Source: Bacteroidales bacterium (GTDB taxonomy: Bacteria > Bacteroidota > Bacteroidia > Bacteroidales > UBA932). From it: DNA of 64,000 bases. This document shows positions 17,837 through 26,847 of this stretch, in pieces; positions within the stretch are counted from its first letter, which is position 1, and each line of letters begins with the position of its first letter. The stretch covers positions 614 to 64,613 of the forward strand of contig JAFVHZ010000103.1 of the NCBI GenBank assembly GCA_017474265.1, in the 5' to 3' direction. Position numbers and translations under genes: made by a program. The notes under the pieces were generated by a model. The model searched no databases. It was given only the letters and a program-made list of their open reading frames with translations, and was not told where the DNA came from.

Positions 17837-18688
17837 CTATCTTGCTCTTCCTGCTGTGATCCTCAGTATGTCGTCTCTGAGGAATCCTGGTCCTGTCTTC
17901 TTTGTGATCCTGTGTCTCTTGTAGTAATATACCTTGTGGCTCTGTGCATCTATGAGCATCTTGTAGCAGTAACTGCCCGGTTCTGCCTCAAACGGTGCCA
18001 CTGTATAACTCACGAGCGTATTCTCCGCATTGTCCATCAGGTACCCGTCTGCCGTGTCCTCGTCTGTGACGATGATGCTTTCGTCGAAGAACTGGTCCTT
18101 GACCATCTCAGTGACGCTTTCGCTCAGATCGTCTTCAGAGAATACTATGGTCATGTCGTGAGCCCTGCTGATGTGGGCTGTATTGTTTGCCAGTCCGCCG
18201 TAAGCATTCAGGTCCTTTTTCATTGCCTCAAGTGCGTGGTTCTGGATTATGTCCAGAAAGGCCGGGAAGAATATCTGCTCCCTTCCGTTCGGGAAAACAG
18301 CGGATGCAATAGGGATAGACACCACTTCCAGCATGCTGTCGATGCCTTTGTCTGCTCCATTTCCTCCCTTGACAAGGGTAAGAAAAAGCAGGGATGGTTC
18401 TTCTTCCTTGCTGAACTGTCCAGATGCGGTGATGAGGAAGTAGTATTCGTCGCTGTTCTTCAGTTTCTCAAAATCCTCCACACTGCAGAATTCGTATGGC
18501 GACACACGCCACCTTACGGTGATTTCGTCCTGAAGGATGCCGTCTATGAGGTCGTTTCCCGAGAGGACGACCTTGGTGACCTTCTGGGTGAAGTCGCTTA
18601 TCTTTACCTTCTTTGTGTTGATCTGAGCCTGGCCCCATGCCAATACCGGCAGTAGGCAGGATATGATGATGACAATGGCTTTTTTCAT
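17837..18688 (-). CDS. Secreted hypothetical protein
   Basis: Signal peptide MKKAIVIIISCLLPVLAWG-Q. TAACTTTG promoter element at 18719-18726 on the minus strand. Confidence 0.75.
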   Translation of the reverse strand: MKKAIVIIISCLLPVLAWGQAQINTKKVKISDFTQKVTKVVLSGNDLIDGILQDEITVRWRVSPYEFCSVEDFEKLKNSDEYYFLITASGQFSKEEEPSLLFLTLVKGGNGADKGIDSMLEVVSIPIASAVFPNGREQIFFPAFLDIIQNHALEAMKKDLNAYGGLANNTAHISRAHDMTIVFSEDDLSESVTEMVKDQFFDESIIVTDEDTADGYLMDNAENTLVSYTVAPFEAEPGSYCYKMLIDAQSHKVYYYKRHRITKKTGPGFLRDDILRITAGRAR

Positions 18689-18718
18689 GGTTGATGGTTC
18701 AATAATCCGAATCGGGTG

Positions 18719-18747
18719 CAAAGTTAACAAAAAAGATGCTATATTTG
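18719..18747. promoter_or_regulatory. Back-to-back divergent TAnnTTTG promoters (minus: TAACTTTG 18719-18726; plus: TATATTTG 18740-18747)
   Basis: Two consensus -7 elements in the 80-bp gap between the secreted-protein operon and dnaX. Confidence 0.6.
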
Positions 18748-18768
18748 TAAGTTGACCAAAGAACGTTT

Positions 18769-20481
18769 ATGAGTCAGTATATAGTATCAGCAAGAAAGTA
18801 CAGGCCGGACTCGTTCGGCACCCTGATCGGTCAGGACAATATAGCGCAGACCCTGAAGAACTCCATTCTCAGGGGGCAGTTGGCACATGCATATCTTTTC
18901 TGCGGACCTCGCGGTGTCGGCAAAACCACGACAGCCAGGATCTTCGCGAAGATGATCAACTGCTCCAACCCTTCCGAGGATATGGAGCCATGCGGAAAGT
19001 GCGAGTCCTGCCAGTCGTTTGCAGAAGGCCGTTCATACTGCATCCATGAACTGGATGCGGCGTCGAACAACGGAGTCGAGGATATAAAGACCCTGATGGA
19101 TCAGGTGCGCATACCGCCTCAGGTGGGAAGATACAGCGTATATATCATAGACGAGGTGCATATGCTGTCGCAGTCGGCCTTCAACGCCTTCCTCAAGACG
19201 CTTGAGGAACCGCCTGCGCATGCCATCTTCATCCTCGCCACGACTGAAAAGCATAAGATCCTGCCGACGATCCTTTCGAGATGTCAGACATATGACTTCA
19301 ACCGTATTACGGTAGAGAACATCGTGAAGAACCTGCGTATGGTCGCGTCCAGTGAGGGAGTCAGCATAGATGACGAATCCCTTCATGTGATAGCGCATAA
19401 GGCTGACGGAGCGATGCGTGATGCCTTGACCATCTTTGACCAGACGGTGGCGTTCTGCGGTACCGATGTACAGTATCAGGATGTCCTTCGCAATCTGAAT
19501 GTCCTTGATTATGAGTACAGTTTCTCTCTTGTGGACAATTTCCTTGCAGGTGATTATTCCTCTGCCATGCTGACTTTTGACGAGGTGCTTACAAAAGGCT
19601 TCAATGCCTTGCATTTTGTGGCGGCGCTTTCTTCGCATCTGCGTGACCTGATGGTGTGCAGGAGCGGAGGACTGGATGCTCTTCTCGAACTTCCTCAGTC
19701 GCTGAAGGTAAGATATCAGGAACAGTCTCAGAAATGCAGTGTTCAGTTCCTTTATGATGCTCTCGCCATAACGACCCAGTGTGAGTCAGGCTACAGGGCC
19801 AGTGTCAATCCACGTCTGCATATAGAGTTCGCCCTTATGAAACTCAGTTTCATCAATGGTACTTCCGAGGTTCAGATCCAGAAGCCGGCGCCATCTGCCA
19901 GACAGACTCCTGCGCCTGCTGTCAGGACGGAGTCTCCGGCGCCCCAGCCTGTGCCCCAGCCTGTTGCACAGCCGGAAGAGCCTGCTCCGAAACAGGCCGA
20001 GGCACCTCGCGAGCGCCGTACACGCGCGGCACGTGCATCGATGTCTCTGAAGTCAATGATGGAGGAGCCTAAGGCTGCTGCCCCTGTGCAGGCGACCGAG
20101 GACACCGTGCCGTCTGACGAGGTGCTGAGGGAAAAGTGGCCGGAACTGGCCAAGATGTATGGCGACAAGCCTCGTCTTGCTACCATGCTGTCCACTACGA
20201 CTCTGGACATCACTGAGGCGGAGGGATTCAAGACTGTGACATTCCGTGTCGTCAACGAAGCCCAGAAGGACTGGGTGGAGTCAAAACTCCTGCATGAACT
20301 GGAAGGAAACTATCGTAAGGCCACAGGTTCGATGAAGATATACCTGAGGGTAGCCGTCCAGCCGGATGACACTCCGTCGCAACCGAAGATATATATGCCG
20401 GGAGATCAGGCGGAAGTCCTTATGAAGGAAAAGGAAGAGGTGAGGGAACTTGTCAAGGCCCTCGAACTGGACATTAAATAG
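18769..20481 (+). CDS. dnaX: DNA polymerase III subunit gamma/tau
   Basis: ARKYRP, GPRGVGKTT, Zn module PCGKCESC, IIDEVHML, LKTLEEPP, TILSRC and a Pro/Ala-rich linker. Confidence 0.97.
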   Translation: MSQYIVSARKYRPDSFGTLIGQDNIAQTLKNSILRGQLAHAYLFCGPRGVGKTTTARIFAKMINCSNPSEDMEPCGKCESCQSFAEGRSYCIHELDAASNNGVEDIKTLMDQVRIPPQVGRYSVYIIDEVHMLSQSAFNAFLKTLEEPPAHAIFILATTEKHKILPTILSRCQTYDFNRITVENIVKNLRMVASSEGVSIDDESLHVIAHKADGAMRDALTIFDQTVAFCGTDVQYQDVLRNLNVLDYEYSFSLVDNFLAGDYSSAMLTFDEVLTKGFNALHFVAALSSHLRDLMVCRSGGLDALLELPQSLKVRYQEQSQKCSVQFLYDALAITTQCESGYRASVNPRLHIEFALMKLSFINGTSEVQIQKPAPSARQTPAPAVRTESPAPQPVPQPVAQPEEPAPKQAEAPRERRTRAARASMSLKSMMEEPKAAAPVQATEDTVPSDEVLREKWPELAKMYGDKPRLATMLSTTTLDITEAEGFKTVTFRVVNEAQKDWVESKLLHELEGNYRKATGSMKIYLRVAVQPDDTPSQPKIYMPGDQAEVLMKEKEEVRELVKALELDIK

Positions 20482-20505
20482 AAATCAGCCGGCAGAGCCG
20501 GTGCA

Positions 20506-21336
20506 ATGAATACAAAGATGAAGTTACGCTGCGAAAATCTCGTTAAGAAATACGGCCCGAGGACTGTGGTCAAAGGAGTGTCAATGGAAGTGAGCCAGGG
20601 AGAGATTGTCGGCTTCCTAGGTCCTAACGGTGCCGGAAAGACGACAAGTTTCTATATGATCACAGGTCTGATCGTTCCGAATGCAGGCAGGATTTTCCTT
20701 GATGATGAGGAGATTACAGGATTGCCTATGTTCAAGAGGGCTCAGAAAGGTGTCGGATATCTTGCTCAGGAAGCATCAGTGTTCAGGCATATGAGCGTTG
20801 AGGACAACATCATGTCTGTGATGGAGATGTCCAATCAGTTCACCAAGGAGGAAAGAAAGCAGCGCCTGGAAGACCTTCTTGACGAATTCAACCTCCATAA
20901 GGTGCGCAAGAGCAAGGGTATCCAACTTTCCGGAGGAGAGCGCCGCAGATGCGAGATCGCGCGTGCTCTGGCAATCGACCCTAAGTTCATTCTCCTAGAC
21001 GAGCCTTTTGCCGGAGTCGACCCTATCGCCGTCGAGGACATCCAGTACATCATCGCGAAACTCAAGTACAAGAATATCGGCGTCATCATCACCGACCATA
21101 ATGTGGGTGAGACACTGGCCATCATCGACCGCGCATATCTTCTGTATGAAGGCTCCATCCTTCAGAGCGGTACCCCTGAGGCCTTGGCTGCTGACGATGA
21201 GGTCCGTACCAAGTATCTGGGTTCCAACTTCGTGCTCAAGCGTTCTGCAGCCTTCAAGCGCGCAGAAGCCGGCGGCCCTCAGCGCATCAACACTCAGGCA
21301 GAGCATGATGCCGCAGCATCCTCTCCTGAAGAATAG
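20506..21336 (+). CDS. lptB: LPS export ABC transporter ATP-binding protein
   Basis: GPNGAGKTTSFYM, GYLAQEASVF, LSGGERRR, LDEPFAGVDP and ITDHNV. Confidence 0.95.
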   Translation: MNTKMKLRCENLVKKYGPRTVVKGVSMEVSQGEIVGFLGPNGAGKTTSFYMITGLIVPNAGRIFLDDEEITGLPMFKRAQKGVGYLAQEASVFRHMSVEDNIMSVMEMSNQFTKEERKQRLEDLLDEFNLHKVRKSKGIQLSGGERRRCEIARALAIDPKFILLDEPFAGVDPIAVEDIQYIIAKLKYKNIGVIITDHNVGETLAIIDRAYLLYEGSILQSGTPEALAADDEVRTKYLGSNFVLKRSAAFKRAEAGGPQRINTQAEHDAAASSPEE

Positions 21337-21344
21337 GTAGAGTA

Positions 21345-21447
21345 ATACAGACAACGGCCTGCTGATTCCGACGATCCTCCCCGCTTACGGGTCCCCTCCC
21401 TTTTCGGGAGCCAATGTCGTTCATAATCAGCAGGCCGCTGTCTGTAT
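21345..21447. repeat. Branched palindromic element (family B, copy 3)
   Basis: 23-bp arms with one mismatch (ATACAGACAACGGCCTGCTGATT / AATCAGCAGGCCGCTGTCTGTAT) around a two-hairpin head that is 53/56 identical to the reverse complement of copy 4. Confidence 0.9.
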
Positions 21448-21505
21448 CGGTGTCTGGGATTGCCTAATCAGGAAGACTCTGCCATCTATCAGATCGGCAA
21501 TCCAA

Positions 21506-21615
21506 CTGTCCCGGAAGAATAGTGTATTTTTCCCGGGTCGCAGTGCCGAATCACATCAAAAGCCGTAAAATGATAACGCGACCCGGAAAATCAGTGCGAT
21601 TCTTCCGGGTCGCGT
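21506..21615. repeat. REP-like hairpin doublet (family A), units 72 bp apart
   Basis: TGTCCCGGAAGAATAGTGTATTTTTCCCGGGTCGCA and CGCGACCCGGAAAATCAGTGCGATTCTTCCGGGTCGCG. Confidence 0.85.
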
Positions 21616-21631
21616 CAGACGTGTTATTATG

Positions 21632-22477
21632 TTATTCTGTCGGTACGAGTTCAAAGAAAGAACTGATTTCCTGCTGATCGATGGCCTGGCGTACATTGAA
21701 CCTCTTCACCTGATCCATGTAGCCGTTCTTTGTTACCTTGATCTCGATCTGCACGTCGCGTGAGTTTGCATAAGTCAGACCGAGGATGTTGAACGACCTT
21801 GTCTCTTCAAACGGTGTCGGGCCGAGATAGAGTTCGTTGGTGTTCTTGACTTCGGCCGGTATGCTCGAAATGACTCTCCAGAATACCCTGGCTCCCCTTG
21901 GAGCAGAGTCAAAATACCATCTGATGATGGTTTGTTCTAAAGTTGTGCCACCTGGATTGTCTCGCGATACCATATCATTCGCACCTCCTGTAGGTATTGT
22001 CGGGTCATTTACATATTGTTGGCTTCTTTCCAACGAACAGAACACACCTTCAGGGTATGTTATATTCAACGGGACGATGCGACCATTATAGTTCTTTACT
22101 TCTCCTCTCGTTGGGGTTATTGTCGGGCGGAATTCAACTTCGGACTTTTCGTATCCGTTTTTTATAAAAATGAAAGTTGAAGATGAAAGATCCGCACTCT
22201 TAGCATAAAAATTGTTTATGTTTTTATGTGGTGATGTGTCGATAATGTTTTTTACAGGAACACTAACTTTCATCGGTGTAATGCCCAGATATTTACCATC
22301 CATGTAGACAGATGCACCTTGCGGCTCCGAGTTGATTTCTACTTCTTTTGAAGTAGGTTCCATAGGAGGCAGACGACGCTCTTGTTGTCTTCTGACACCG
22401 CAAGAAGCAACTATGAATAGCGTGGTGCATAACGCAAGAAGGATTAGAGATGTTCTTAATAACAGTAACTTTTTCAT
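21632..22477 (-). CDS. PEGA-domain lipoprotein
   Basis: Lipobox IVASC, PEGA motif INSEPQGASVYMDGKYLGITP and a second PEGA-like unit FDSAPRGARV...LGPTPF. TAACTTTG at 22496-22503 upstream. Confidence 0.8.
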   Translation of the reverse strand: MKKLLLLRTSLILLALCTTLFIVASCGVRRQQERRLPPMEPTSKEVEINSEPQGASVYMDGKYLGITPMKVSVPVKNIIDTSPHKNINNFYAKSADLSSSTFIFIKNGYEKSEVEFRPTITPTRGEVKNYNGRIVPLNITYPEGVFCSLERSQQYVNDPTIPTGGANDMVSRDNPGGTTLEQTIIRWYFDSAPRGARVFWRVISSIPAEVKNTNELYLGPTPFEETRSFNILGLTYANSRDVQIEIKVTKNGYMDQVKRFNVRQAIDQQEISSFFELVPTE

Positions 22478-22567
22478 GGTTTGTTTTGTTTTTTGCAAAG
22501 TTACCGTTTGGGGGTGGAGGGTTAATGACAAATCAGTATGGTAATTTTACTTATCCGTAAAAACATT

Positions 22568-22780
22568 TTACATCTCTCCAGTGATCTCATCGGAGTAGTA
22601 TTTGAAGAAATCGTGTTTCAAGGCACAGGAAATTCTCATCAGAAGATCGGTATTGATTGATTTCTGCTGAAATATATAATATATGTTAGGACGTTCGCAG
22701 TTGATCTTTCTTGCAAGCCATGCTGGTGTCCTTTCCTGTCTTTCCAGTACTTCCTTGACGATTCTTCCTATATGTACCAT
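22568..22780 (-). CDS. Small XRE-type helix-turn-helix protein
   Basis: HIGRIVKEVL...WLARKINCERPNIYYIF...SINTDLLMRISCALKHDFF, the typical Bacteroidales 70-aa HTH. Confidence 0.85.
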   Translation of the reverse strand: MVHIGRIVKEVLERQERTPAWLARKINCERPNIYYIFQQKSINTDLLMRISCALKHDFFKYYSDEITGEM

Positions 22781-22965
22781 AAAAAAGGATGGAACTATTC
22801 GTTATTTATCTTCAACTGAGGCACCGCCAAGCGCCATGAGTACAGATAAGCACGAATAGTTCACACCCATAGACAGGTATGAACCCTCGCGACTTATTCT
22901 CGTACTCTTCAAATTGGCGGTTTTCAGTTGAGAGAATAAGAGCCCGAAGCCCCAAATATGTATTT
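22781..22965 (-). ncRNA. Candidate structured 5' leader/attenuator RNA with mutually exclusive folds
   Basis: Several overlapping inverted repeats between a TATGTTTG promoter (22973-22980, minus) and the HTH start codon. One fold ends near a U-run; details in findings. Confidence 0.55.
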
Positions 22966-23160
22966 TCTTATGCAAACATACTTAAAATTCCCCATGTTTT
23001 GTCATTTTTATGACTAATGATGGGCAAAGATTTATTTTTATGTGACTAAATTTTATTTTTCATTCGTGATTTGGTCACTATTAATGTGTGTTTCGTCACA
23101 TTTTTCTTTTTCTTATCATGTTTTTCGGAATGCGACCTTAAATTGGATGCAAAAATAAAG

Positions 23161-24114
23161 ATGATGAGAAAGACGTATCACTTATGTTTATCTGCAGGAA
23201 ATCATGGACTGTTGTGCAGAAGAGAAGAAGATTATGTTAGGATGGTGAATTGTATATGTATCGCCGCCTTAAGGACGGAAACCATAGTGTTGGCATTTGC
23301 AGTCATGGCCAATCATATTCATCTATGCGTCAGGTCATACGATCAGGAGAAATACATGAAGACTCTGCGATACATGTATACCCGATACTTTAATTCCAAA
23401 TATCATCGTCGAGGCCGTCTGGGTGAAAGAAGTTATTTTGTCCTGGAACTGGAGGGATTGCATCATATATTGACTGCAATTGCTTATGTGCTCCGTAATC
23501 CTCTTCACCATGGTATATCGGCTACCCCGTTCGGCTATGCTTATACTTCAGCGAATGCGATATTCCGTAAGGCTCTCGGCAAGACTTTGCCGTTGGCATT
23601 GGAGAGGAAAAATATGTATCGTTATCTTCCGGAACCATGTGGTGAAATCCCGTCTGGATATAGGATGGATGTGAAAGGCATGCTGTTCCCTGACGATATC
23701 ATAGATGTTTCGGAAGTCGAACATCTGTTTGCAACCCCAAGATCCTTCCTGTATTATATGAATCGTCTTTCCGGAAAGCAATGGGAGGAGGAGCAGCGGA
23801 AGGATTCTTCTGAGACTATTCCCGTGACTCTCGACGATATAGAAAAAGGAGTCAATGTGCAGACGATTCAGGAAATGCTTGTCGCTGAACATGGCAAGGC
23901 GGATTATAATGCTGTCTCTGATATTACGACATGTCAAATGATTGATGACTATATATCGGAGCATTGTCCTGGATGCAGGTCTGTTTATGACTTGCCGACA
24001 GAGTCTGTTCAAAGCATTATGCGGCATCTGCATATCAAGTACTCTCTCCCGAAGTCGCAACTTCTGCGGTGCTTTCCTGGCTTGTCCCGGAAGAATAGTG
24101 CGTTTTTTTCGTGA
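23161..24114 (+). mobile_element. REP-associated tyrosine transposase (RAYT/TnpA-REP, IS200-like Y1 HUH nuclease)
   Basis: N-terminal YHL strand, AFAVMANHIHL (HUH), YTRYFNSKYHRRGRL and catalytic AYVLRNP; flanked by REP-like hairpins. ATG at 23161 is preferred over TTG at 23071. Confidence 0.85.
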
Positions 24115-24190
24115 CATGGCCGTATTTTAAACAAAAGGGCCGTTAGACAGTCGCCGAAACGGAAAAAACGCACAAATTTTCCGGGTCGCA
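24083..24190. repeat. REP-like hairpin doublet (family A), units 72 bp apart, overlapping the RAYT stop
   Basis: TGTCCCGGAAGAATAGTG is identical (18 bp) to 21507-21524; the second unit ends TTTTCCGGGTCGCA. Confidence 0.82.
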
Positions 24191-24292
24191 TTAAAAAACC
24201 GAAATCGTCGATAAATAGAAAACCAGTTAGTCCTTTGAATTGCTGAGGTGCATCGGAGGAGCAAAGCAGTGGATAGATTGCCAGATGCATAC

Positions 24293-24386
24293 ACAGCGAA
24301 GGCTGTTTATTCAGACGACATTGGCTCCCGAAAAGGGAGGGGACCCGCAAGCGGGGAGGGTTGTCGGAATAAACAGCCTTCGCTGT
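24293..24386. repeat. Branched palindromic element (family B, copy 4; inverted relative to copy 3)
   Basis: Perfect 20-bp arms ACAGCGAAGGCTGTTTATTC/GAATAAACAGCCTTCGCTGT; head GACATTGG-CTCCC-GAAAA-GGGAG-GGGA-CCCGC-AA-GCGGG-GAGGG. Confidence 0.9.
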
Positions 24387-24407
24387 ATCTGTCTTTGAGT
24401 AGCGGAA

Positions 24408-24974
24408 TTACTTCACGCGCTCGCCGTATGAACGGTCAGTGGTGTTCACGCGGATCCTTTCTCCTATGTTGATGAAGAGAGGGGCCATGATGATTGCACC
24501 AGTCTCGAGGGTTACCTCCTTCTGAGCGTTGGTAGATGCTGTATCACCCTTAACTGCAGGCTCTGTGTAGGTCACTTCGAGTTCTACATAAGTAGGGAGT
24601 TCGCAAGTGAGGCAGCGCTCCTCGTCAGCGAGGAACATCATCTCTACATGCTGTCCTTCCTTCATGAGGTCTGCGTTGTCAACGAGTGCTGCATCGAGGT
24701 GGATCTGCTCGTATGTCTCTTCATGCATGAAGTTGAATCCGTCCTCATCCTTGTAAAGGAACTGGTAAGGTCTTCTCTCGACATTGATTGTCTCGATCTT
24801 TGCACCTGCTGTGAATGTATTCTCGAGGATACGTCCGTTCTCGAGGTTTCTGAGTTTGCTCTTTACGAAAGCAGGACCCTTTCCCGGCTTTACGTGCTGG
24901 AACCATACTATCTGGCATGGCTTGCCGTTGAAGTTGAGATAAAGTCCGTTTTTGAAATCCGCTGTTGTTGCCAT
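24408..24974 (-). CDS. efp: Elongation factor P
   Basis: MATTADFKNG, HVKPGKGPAFV, PAVKGDTA and LETGA. True start at 24974; TAATTTTG at 25016-25023 upstream. Confidence 0.96.
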   Translation of the reverse strand: MATTADFKNGLYLNFNGKPCQIVWFQHVKPGKGPAFVKSKLRNLENGRILENTFTAGAKIETINVERRPYQFLYKDEDGFNFMHEETYEQIHLDAALVDNADLMKEGQHVEMMFLADEERCLTCELPTYVELEVTYTEPAVKGDTASTNAQKEVTLETGAIIMAPLFINIGERIRVNTTDRSYGERVK

Positions 24975-25050
24975 AAGTATAAATGAGTTTATTGTTATTT
25001 TCTGAAAATCGGCTGCAAAATTATAAAAATGTTGTCTACCTACCAAATTT

Positions 25051-26064
25051 TTACTGATTATCAGCACTTTTGTCACCATAGGTCTCTTCCCATTGAGGAA
25101 CAAACTGGTTCAGTTGGAGAATGTGTTCAGCAGTCTCTTCGAGCAGCCACTTAGGTGTGGATGTTGCGCCGCAAACGCCGACCTTGTCATCTGCGCGGAA
25201 CCATTCCCTTTTGATTTCTGAAGGTGAGTCGATATGATAGGTCCTGATGTTCAAGGATTTGCAGAGGTCGCATAGTACCTTTCCGTTTGAACTTGCCTTT
25301 CCTGTAACGAAAATGATGATGTCGTGTTCAAGGGCGAACTGTGAGAGCCTTTCGTGTCGTGTGGCTACCTGGGAACAGATGGTGTTGTGAGTGTTGAGAA
25401 GACCTCTGCCCTTGAAACGCTCTACTGTAAGTTCGTTGAACCGGGCCATCTTTTCTTCCAGCATGCTGCAGAGTCTCTTGTACTCTGCAGGGCTTTTGGT
25501 CGTCTGGCTGAATACTTCTGTAGGGACATCCAGACGGACTTTACCGTTCCCGATGGCTTCTTCCAGCATCATGATGTTCTCTACCACGATAGCGGTTCCT
25601 TCGGTCTGTCCTATGAGTCCGAGGACTTCTGCATGTCCTATCTTGCCGAAGATGATGATCTGCCCTTTACCCTCATCCTTGTGGCGGATGTATGCCTCCT
25701 TTATCCTCTGCTGAAGTTTCAGTACCACAGGGCATGTGCAGTCGATGATCTCGAATCCGAGTTCTGCCGCTCTGGCATATGTCTGAGGCGGTTCGCCATG
25801 GGCTCTGATGAGAAGGACTTCTCCATCTGCTCCCAACATTTCATCAAAGTCATCCTTGTCTATGGTGACAAGGCCCTGCTTGAGCAGGCGCTCGAGTTCC
25901 GAGTCATTGTGAACGATCGCTCCTAAGGAAAAGAGACGCTTTCCTTCTCCTTCCGAACCGTTGTTCTCTTTAAGGAATTCCTCTGCTTTGCCGATGGCTC
26001 TTATCACACCGGCGCAGAATCCTGAATTCTTGTCTATGTCAACTGTGATCATAATCCGGGTCAT
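25051..26064 (-). CDS. ispH: 4-hydroxy-3-methylbut-2-enyl diphosphate reductase
   Basis: SGFCAGV, IVHN, IRAHG, DCTCPVV, HAEV, SQTT, NTICSQV, SSNG and GATSTP. Confidence 0.95.
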   Translation of the reverse strand: MTRIMITVDIDKNSGFCAGVIRAIGKAEEFLKENNGSEGEGKRLFSLGAIVHNDSELERLLKQGLVTIDKDDFDEMLGADGEVLLIRAHGEPPQTYARAAELGFEIIDCTCPVVLKLQQRIKEAYIRHKDEGKGQIIIFGKIGHAEVLGLIGQTEGTAIVVENIMMLEEAIGNGKVRLDVPTEVFSQTTKSPAEYKRLCSMLEEKMARFNELTVERFKGRGLLNTHNTICSQVATRHERLSQFALEHDIIIFVTGKASSNGKVLCDLCKSLNIRTYHIDSPSEIKREWFRADDKVGVCGATSTPKWLLEETAEHILQLNQFVPQWEETYGDKSADNQ

Positions 26065-26744
26065 TAGCAGTCGAAGCGCTCACGGATCAGACCTTTGAGC
26101 CATTCCAACTGGTCCTGCATTGTCATGTGCGAGTTGTCGAGGACGACTGCGTCCTCTGCCTGTGTGAGCGGGGATATCTCACGATGTGAATCGATGTAGT
26201 CACGTTCCTGAAGATTCCTAAGGACGTCGTCCAGATCCACTTCCTGTCCTTTGGCCTGCATTTCGGCAGCACGTCGCTGAGCCCTTATCATCGGGTCCGC
26301 GGTCATGAACAGTTTGAGTTCTGCGTCAGGAAAGACAGTGGTGCCTATGTCGCGGCCATCCATTACGATGCGCTTCTTCTTTCCGAATTCACGAAGTTTG
26401 CGGTCCACGTAGTTGCGGACCTGAGGAACGGTGGCGATAGGGCTGACTTTTCCTGCCACTTCAAGAGACCTTATCTCCTTTTCTATGCATCTTTCGCCCA
26501 TGTATGTTCCGCACGGACCGAAATGGATGTCAAGATTTTTCAGTGCTTCCGTCAGTCCGGGCACGTCAATTGCAGAGTCATCAGTGATGAAACCGTTTTC
26601 GATGGCAAAAAGCGTCACCCCTCTGTATAGAGCGCCGGAATCAAGATACAGGAAAGAGAATTCATTTGCTATGATTTTTGCAAATGAACTTTTTCCCGTA
26701 GACGAGTATCCGTCTATGGCGATTATAATGTCAGGTATATGCAT
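26064..26744 (-). CDS. cmk: Cytidylate kinase
   Basis: IAIDGYSSTGKS, LDSGALYR, MDGRDIGTTVFPDA and RDYIDSHR. Confidence 0.95.
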   Translation of the reverse strand: MHIPDIIIAIDGYSSTGKSSFAKIIANEFSFLYLDSGALYRGVTLFAIENGFITDDSAIDVPGLTEALKNLDIHFGPCGTYMGERCIEKEIRSLEVAGKVSPIATVPQVRNYVDRKLREFGKKKRIVMDGRDIGTTVFPDAELKLFMTADPMIRAQRRAAEMQAKGQEVDLDDVLRNLQERDYIDSHREISPLTQAEDAVVLDNSHMTMQDQLEWLKGLIRERFDC

Positions 26745-26847
26745 CAGTACACGTTCAATATAAAATCAAGCAAAATTAAAAAATAAAGTGCAAACGGCAA
26801 AAAATTGTGTAAACCCCCAAAATTACCGATATTTGTAAACCTGTCAC

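Noticed and set aside
16877-18655. 592-aa plus-strand ORF
   Set aside because: Antisense shadow of the M16 peptidase and the secreted protein, with no recognisable motifs; such shadows are expected from this genome's codon bias.
18769-20481. Programmed frameshift in dnaX (gamma/tau)
   Set aside because: No A-AAA-AAG or long poly-A slippery site with a downstream hairpin was seen.
24974-25103. N-terminal extension of EF-P in the ORF track
   Set aside because: Overlaps ispH and a TAATTTTG promoter element; conserved EF-P begins at MATTADF (24974).
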